A stretch of 64,000 nucleotides of DNA from Eledone cirrhosa (lineage: Eukaryota): NCBI GenBank assembly GCA_964016885.1, contig OZ024741.1, forward strand, positions 204,972,001-205,036,000, given 5' to 3'. The stretch's first letter is position 1. Every line of letters begins with the position of its first letter. The notes under the pieces were generated by a model. That model made no database searches. It was not told the origin of the DNA and was given only the letters and a program-made list of their open reading frames with translations. Of the stretch, positions 61,297 through 64,000 are shown piece after piece. The translations under genes and the position numbers were made by a program.

Positions 61297-63666
61297 AACA
61301 CTAAATCCCTCCCCCATGAAGAATTCACCTCCCAACATAGACTGATAATTAGCGACCTCATAGTCAGGACGAGACGTACTAGACAGCGGAAGAGGACTAT
61401 CCTCAGGAGAAAAATATGGAAGCTAAAGGACCCCATAGCCAGAAATAAATTTCAAAGCATATTACTTGACGCTTTCGACAGTAAGGAAGAGCAATTAGAG
61501 TCGTATAATATAGAGGAACAGTGGGAATTCCTGAGAGCAAACCTGCTGACGGCGGCAGACGAAGTCTGTGGCTGGAGCAGGCCTGTAGGTAGGAGGAGAG
61601 TAACATGGTGGTGGAACAGTAAGGTGGAGGAGTCAATTAAGGCCAAAAAGCAGGCTTGGAAAGTATGGCGGGATGGGGGAAGTAGAGAAGACTATCAAGT
61701 GGCCAGGAGGGAAGCTAGGAGACAAGTGTACTTCGCAAGAAGGGAAGCAGAGGAAAGAAAGTTCAAGCATGTTCTACAACGTGAGGACCAAAAACGTGAG
61801 GTGTTCAGGATTGCCAGGCAATGTGTCAAGGAAAACTGTGATATTGTCGGGGAGAAGTGTGTACTTAACGATGATGGCATACTTGCCATCACCGACGCTG
61901 ATAAGAAGGTAGCTTGGAAGTGTCACTATGAAAGGCTTCTAAATGAGGAGAACAAATGGGAGAAAGACAGTCTCCCCCACATCGACCCAATAGAGGGACC
62001 AGCAGTGTTAGTCCAGGGTAGTACAATAAGCAAGGCAATCAAAGATATGAAGACGGGTAAGGCGGCTGGTCCTTCGGAAATAGTTGCTGAGATGCTGAAG
62101 GCATCTGGTTCGGTGGGACACACCATGGTCACCCGGATAGTTAAGCAAGTCGTACAGAATGGGGTTGTTCCGAAGGACTGGCGTAGCAGCATCATCGTTA
62201 ACTGCTATAAGGGAAAAGGAGATGCCCTAGATAGGAGTAACTATAGAGGCATTAAATTAATCGACCAGGTCATGAAGGTCACGGAAAAAGTAATAGCGCA
62301 ACTAATCAGAGAGAGAATTGACCTAGATGAAATGCAGTTCGGGTTTGTGTCAGGCAAAAGTACCACAGACGCTCTTTTCATTGTACGACAACTACAGGAG
62401 AAGTACCTAGCTAAAAGTAAACTCCTATACTTAGCTTTCGTCGACTTGGAGAAAGCCTTCGACAGAGTCCCCCGTTCCATTATCTGGTGGTCTCTTAGAA
62501 AACTAGGTGTTGACGAATGGCTTGTGAGAGCTATACAAGCCATGTATAAAGAAACAGTCAGTAAGGTTAGAATTAACAACGAATATAGTGAAGAGTTTAG
62601 CGTAAAAGTTGGTGTCCATCAGGGCTCTGTTCTTAGCCCCCTACTATTTATTATTGCCCTTCAGGCTATAACAGAGGAGTTCAAGACCGGCTGCCCATGG
62701 GAACTCCTATACGCAGATGATCTAACGCTCATAGCTGAATCAATGACCGAACTAGAGAAGAAATTCCAAACATGGAAGCACGGCCTAGAATCAAAAGGCC
62801 TTAAAATTAACCTGGCTAAGACTAAAGTTCTAGTTTGTAGGAAAGAAAATAAGGCGGCGGTCCCATCTGGGAAATGGCCATGCTCAGTGTGTAGGAAAGG
62901 CGTAGGTAGAAACTCCATTTTATGTCCCAAATGCAAAGTATGGGTGCATAAAAGATGTAGTGGGATCACAGGTAAGCTAACTAAGAACATAGATTTTACA
63001 TGTGGCCGGTGCTCTGGTGCAATAAGTAGCAGCAAGTGCCCACAAAATACTAGCTCCTTCAACTGCGCAGAGGGTTCTATAGAAATAGTGGACAGCTTCC
63101 GTTACCTGGGTGACAAAATCAGCAGTGGGGGAGGGTGCTCTGAAAGTACAGTAGCTAGAGTCAGAACTGGATGGAAAAAGTTCAGAGAGCTTATACCACT
63201 ATTAGCCGCTAGAGGGTTCTCCCTAAAAATGAAAGGCAGGTTATACAATGCCTGCATACGAACAGCAATGCTGCATGGCAGTGAGACCTGGGCATTGTGC
63301 GCAGAGGATATACGCAGACTAGAGAGGAATGAAGCTTGCATGCTCCGCTGGATGTGCAATAGTAATATACGTGAACGGCTAAGCATAAACGAACTAAGGA
63401 AAAAATTAGAAATAAGAGGGATCAGATGTTGTTTACTCGAGAGAAGGCTACGTTGGTACGGTCACGTGATGCGCATGAAAGACGACAGCTGTATAACAAA
63501 GTGCAGGGCAATAAAGATAGACGGTAGCCACGGAGTAGGCAGACCCAGAAAAACATGGGACGAGCTGATAAATTCCGACCTCACACGCTTACACCTCTCC
63601 AAGACAATGTCACTGGACCGAGACCTTTGGCGGTACTCAGTAATAGAGAAGACCCGCCTTACCTAA
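61297..63666 (+). CDS. RTE LINE ORF2, 5'-truncated but uninterrupted: end of APE, RT and embedded PHD finger
   Basis: About 790 codons without a stop; SQHRL (APE end), TWWWN, KAAGP, NYRGIKL, VDLEKAFDRV, HQGSVLSP, YADD (62710-62721), C4HC3 (62881-63012), FRYLG (63097-63111) and GRPRKTW. Confidence 0.95.
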   Translation, partial: NTKSLPHEEFTSQHRLIISDLIVRTRRTRQRKRTILRRKIWKLKDPIARNKFQSILLDAFDSKEEQLESYNIEEQWEFLRANLLTAADEVCGWSRPVGRRRVTWWWNSKVEESIKAKKQAWKVWRDGGSREDYQVARREARRQVYFARREAEERKFKHVLQREDQKREVFRIARQCVKENCDIVGEKCVLNDDGILAITDADKKVAWKCHYERLLNEENKWEKDSLPHIDPIEGPAVLVQGSTISKAIKDMKTGKAAGPSEIVAEMLKASGSVGHTMVTRIVKQVVQNGVVPKDWRSSIIVNCYKGKGDALDRSNYRGIKLIDQVMKVTEKVIAQLIRERIDLDEMQFGFVSGKSTTDALFIVRQLQEKYLAKSKLLYLAFVDLEKAFDRVPRSIIWWSLRKLGVDEWLVRAIQAMYKETVSKVRINNEYSEEFSVKVGVHQGSVLSPLLFIIALQAITEEFKTGCPWELLYADDLTLIAESMTELEKKFQTWKHGLESKGLKINLAKTKVLVCRKENKAAVPSGKWPCSVCRKGVGRNSILCPKCKVWVHKRCSGITGKLTKNIDFTCGRCSGAISSSKCPQNTSSFNCAEGSIEIVDSFRYLGDKISSGGGCSESTVARVRTGWKKFRELIPLLAARGFSLKMKGRLYNACIRTAMLHGSETWALCAEDIRRLERNEACMLRWMCNSNIRERLSINELRKKLEIRGIRCCLLERRLRWYGHVMRMKDDSCITKCRAIKIDGSHGVGRPRKTWDELINSDLTRLHLSKTMSLDRDLWRYSVIEKTRLT

Positions 63667-64000
63667 ATACAAAGTAAAAACCTACTACAGTCAGTAGGCA
63701 TCTCTATCAAAACACACCCCCGTACCACCACCTCCACCCCATCCACACCGCCCCTTTCAATGTAAAGTTATGTTGGTCCCACAACATCCAGGCCGAAACA
63801 AATGAGATCGTGTAGGTGTCACGACAAAAAAAAACACACAGTCCACGCTGTAAATGTGGCCGTGTAGGCAACACGGTAAAAACCTCCCAGCCCCACACTG
63901 TAAATGTGGTTGGTGTTAGGAAGGGCATCCAGCTGTAGAAAACCCCTGACAGTCCACGCTGTAATGTGGCCATGTAGGCAACACGGTAAAAACCTCCCAG
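63667..64000 (+). mobile_element. 3' UTR of the RTE-PHD element with tandem repeats, running off the window
   Basis: Matches 51526-51800 and the reverse complement of 3487-4176; acagtccacgctgtaa..gtggcc repeated at ~63838 and ~63949. Confidence 0.9.

Overview
AT-rich, repeat-dense animal genomic DNA, most likely an octopus or other coleoid cephalopod (inferred from the SINE/LINE repertoire and the (CAT)n-tailed repeats). There are no prokaryotic features. The only recognisable host gene is a DPP8/DPP9-family dipeptidyl peptidase on the + strand. It has a probable promoter and non-coding first exon at ~29.35-29.55 kb, a first coding exon at 42084-42575 and a candidate 6-nt in-frame microexon at 48116-48121; the rest of the gene lies beyond the window. 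Most other sequence is transposable elements: non-LTR retrotransposons of many lineages (several RTE families, CR1/L2-group, Tx1, CRE, R4/Dong-like, Vingi/Ingi-like, Proto2-like), tRNA-derived SINEs, hAT and piggyBac-type MITEs, a Helitron-like insert and microsatellites. Highlights: an RTE family with a C4HC3 PHD finger inside its reverse transcriptase and a hierarchical VNTR in its 3' UTR, the candidate DPP9 microexon, and a fold-back palindrome later split by a LINE insertion. Repeat boundaries were read by eye and are approximate.
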